NCBI GenBank assembly: GCA_965222615.1
Contig: CBDCUI010000008.1
Coordinates: 32,001-96,000 of the forward strand
From: Gammaproteobacteria bacterium
GTDB lineage: Bacteria > Pseudomonadota > Gammaproteobacteria > UBA4575
Direction of reading: 5' to 3'
Length of the DNA: 64,000 bases
This document shows positions 61,889-64,000 of this stretch, piece after piece. A program made the translations under genes and the position numbers. A model generated the notes under the pieces. The model had not been told where the DNA came from and searched no databases. It saw nothing but the letters and a program-made list of their open reading frames with translations. The number at the start of each line of letters is the position of its first letter. The stretch's first letter is position 1.

Positions 61889-63031
61889 ATGAAGAAATTC
61901 ATAATCAACATCCGCTATTTTTTAGCGCCGTTATTAATCTTATGCGCGATGTTTGGGGTATTAGCGGGCGGGCCGTGGGTATGGACCGGCGTGGTATTGC
62001 TCGGGGTCGGGATCATCGTCGATACGTTAACGACCGCACAGACGCCGGGCGCGGGGGTCGATGACGAAGGCGACACCTACGGCGTAGTGCCGTTATTAAA
62101 CGGGACCATGTACGGGATGCTAGGCGTATTCATCTGCTTACAAGTGGCGTTGGCGTGGCGGATCTGGCAATACGTAAATGGCGTGCCGATCGGCACCACG
62201 GAGATTTTAGGGTTAACGGTGCAAGACGGGATCACCGGCACACAACTGGCCGGCGCGGTGTACTCGACCGGGATCTTTGCCGGTATCGGCATCATCTATG
62301 GGCACGAGCTGGCGCACACCAAAGGCTTTAGCTTCGTGATTTCACGCTGGATGATGGCCTTAAGTGGCAAGGCACACTTTTGCTATGCACATGTGTACAA
62401 CCACCATCTAGAGTTGGGGCATCAAGACGACCCGGCGACGGCCCCGCGCGGGCGCAGCATGTATGCGCACTACCCGATCTGTGGGTTAGGGCAAAGCAAA
62501 TTTCTATTCATGATGGAAAAGCAACGCCTGGAGCGCTTAGGCGCACCATTTTTAAGCTGGCAAAACCGCTGGATACGGGGGTACTTCATGGCGCTACCGA
62601 CGCTATTTTTGTTTTGGTTTGTTGGGGGATGGATCGGCATGCTGTGTTTAGCGGGGGTGTGGATCATCTCCAACTTCGAGCTGGAAGTGCTGAACTATTT
62701 AGAGCACTATGGGTTGATCCGCGAGAAAGGGCAACCGATCGACTATCGGCATAGCTGGGACAACAGCACAGCGTTTACCAGCTGGTTTTTCATCGAGATC
62801 GGCCGGCAAGCCGACCATCATGATCGCGGCGAGACGCATTTTTGGGAGCTGGATGAAGTGGGGGCGCCGAATTGTGGGCGCGGGTACTTCACCTTATTTG
62901 CCTTAGGCCTATTACCACCGGTATTTCACAGCTACATGAAGCAACAGCTGGCAAAGTGGGATGACGAGATGGCGAGTGAAGGCGAGTTAAAGATCGCAGC
63001 GAAGATGAATCAACAAGCAGGCTACGCATAG
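61889..63031 (+). CDS. AlkB/XylM-family membrane di-iron monooxygenase
   Basis: HELAH, HVYNHH, DPATAPRG, NYLEHYGL, HSW, RQADHH; AGGAG SD. Confidence 0.88.
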   Translation: MKKFIINIRYFLAPLLILCAMFGVLAGGPWVWTGVVLLGVGIIVDTLTTAQTPGAGVDDEGDTYGVVPLLNGTMYGMLGVFICLQVALAWRIWQYVNGVPIGTTEILGLTVQDGITGTQLAGAVYSTGIFAGIGIIYGHELAHTKGFSFVISRWMMALSGKAHFCYAHVYNHHLELGHQDDPATAPRGRSMYAHYPICGLGQSKFLFMMEKQRLERLGAPFLSWQNRWIRGYFMALPTLFLFWFVGGWIGMLCLAGVWIISNFELEVLNYLEHYGLIREKGQPIDYRHSWDNSTAFTSWFFIEIGRQADHHDRGETHFWELDEVGAPNCGRGYFTLFALGLLPPVFHSYMKQQLAKWDDEMASEGELKIAAKMNQQAGYA

Positions 63032-63057
63032 CCCCCTAGCGAAGCCAACCCCCTACC

Positions 63058-63098
63058 GCCCTTATTCTCTGCAGATGCCGAGAATAGGGGCTTTTTTT
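63058..63098 (+). terminator. Rho-independent terminator
   Basis: GCCCTTATTCTC...GAGAATAGGGGC plus T7. Confidence 0.8.
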
Positions 63099-63176
63099 GC
63101 CTAAAGTTTTTTATAACTTTAAATTACAAATGTTTAACTGAATGTAGATAAACAAATTTTTCAAAAAAGATTTCAC

Positions 63177-63887
63177 ATGACCGAAAAGTTTGATCCCACA
63201 AAACAACCCTTACAAGATGTAGTCAGTTCATTGCAATCTACAGATGAACGTGCATGGTTTGAAAATGAATTACAAAAACTTCGTCGGCAACGTAATGATT
63301 TACCAAATAATACAAGTAACTTTGAACGTGCCCAAATCGAGCTGGAAATAGCGCAAGCACTGATTGGCTTAAATCGACTTGAAGAGGCATGGGAGAGTGC
63401 GCGGCCCCTTGTTGAGCTTTTTATTGCTGAAAAAAAATTTGAACATGCAGTTCGTGCTTGTAAAGTTTTATATCAGGCCGATCAAGAAGCATCTATTGCT
63501 GCACTTGGACAGGGCTGTTGGTTAGCAGTTACCTATCCAATCGACCCTGAGTTGTCAGTAGAGATGTTGCATGACATTGTGGATGAAACACCAGATAACT
63601 CAGATGGTGCAGCAGTCGCTGCTATGACGGCACACTATATTGCAGATAAGCGTGCAGTAGACCAACATAAAAATTTAACTTTCCTTACTTCACAAATTAT
63701 CGCCAAAGTAGCCAAGCGTCATCGCAATATCGAAGATGAAGAATCGATCAAAATTTGGATTGAAATTCTAGAGCTCAATGACACCGACAAATTATTTGTG
63801 CGATTAGCCAAGATTTTAGACGTAATGACGGCCGATCAGTGGTGGTTTGATCGGGACCAATTGCGTGCTCAAATACCTGATAATTAA
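63177..63887 (+). CDS. Hypothetical helical (TPR-like) protein
   Basis: 236 aa ORF; WLAVTYPIDPEL, WWFDRD. Confidence 0.7.
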   Translation: MTEKFDPTKQPLQDVVSSLQSTDERAWFENELQKLRRQRNDLPNNTSNFERAQIELEIAQALIGLNRLEEAWESARPLVELFIAEKKFEHAVRACKVLYQADQEASIAALGQGCWLAVTYPIDPELSVEMLHDIVDETPDNSDGAAVAAMTAHYIADKRAVDQHKNLTFLTSQIIAKVAKRHRNIEDEESIKIWIEILELNDTDKLFVRLAKILDVMTADQWWFDRDQLRAQIPDN

Positions 63888-64000
63888 GAGGAATTTTGGT
63901 TTTTGTGACGTTCTTCACATGAGCTCTACCCACTAGTCACCTAATCCCTTCCATTAGTGCAGATACAGTGCGCTTTTGAAGCAAAGTTGTAGCTATATCT

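Overview
AT-rich chromosomal segment of what appears to be a sulfur-oxidising gammaproteobacterium. It carries lineage-I aprMBA with no sat beside it (a CbbQ/NorQ-type ATPase is divergent instead), a GalT-family enzyme resembling APS:phosphate adenylyltransferase near adk and a PfkA/Pfp-type kinase, an SseA sulfurtransferase, housekeeping genes (ilvB, fpr, aqpZ, pepN, fabA, tatD, bolA, trhO-like) and many hypotheticals. I found no rRNA, tRNA, CRISPR array, transposase or prophage genes. The most notable unexplained structure is: (1) nine full and one partial copy of a 130-280 bp palindromic, TA-bounded intergenic element with different outer arms around a covarying hairpin core resembling Rickettsia RPE-1, including nested, tandem and gene-flanking copies; (2) an AlkB/XylM-family di-iron enzyme with a His-to-Gln change in its last His box and very anomalous codon usage, divergent from a CarH-like MerR/B12 regulator; (3) a nucleotidyltransferase plus BrnA-like gene pair behind a perfect 20-bp palindrome; (4) two paralogous uncharacterised four-Cys proteins; (5) two apparent frameshifts and two small ORFs missing from the ORF track. 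All product calls come from motif recognition by eye; no database searches were run.
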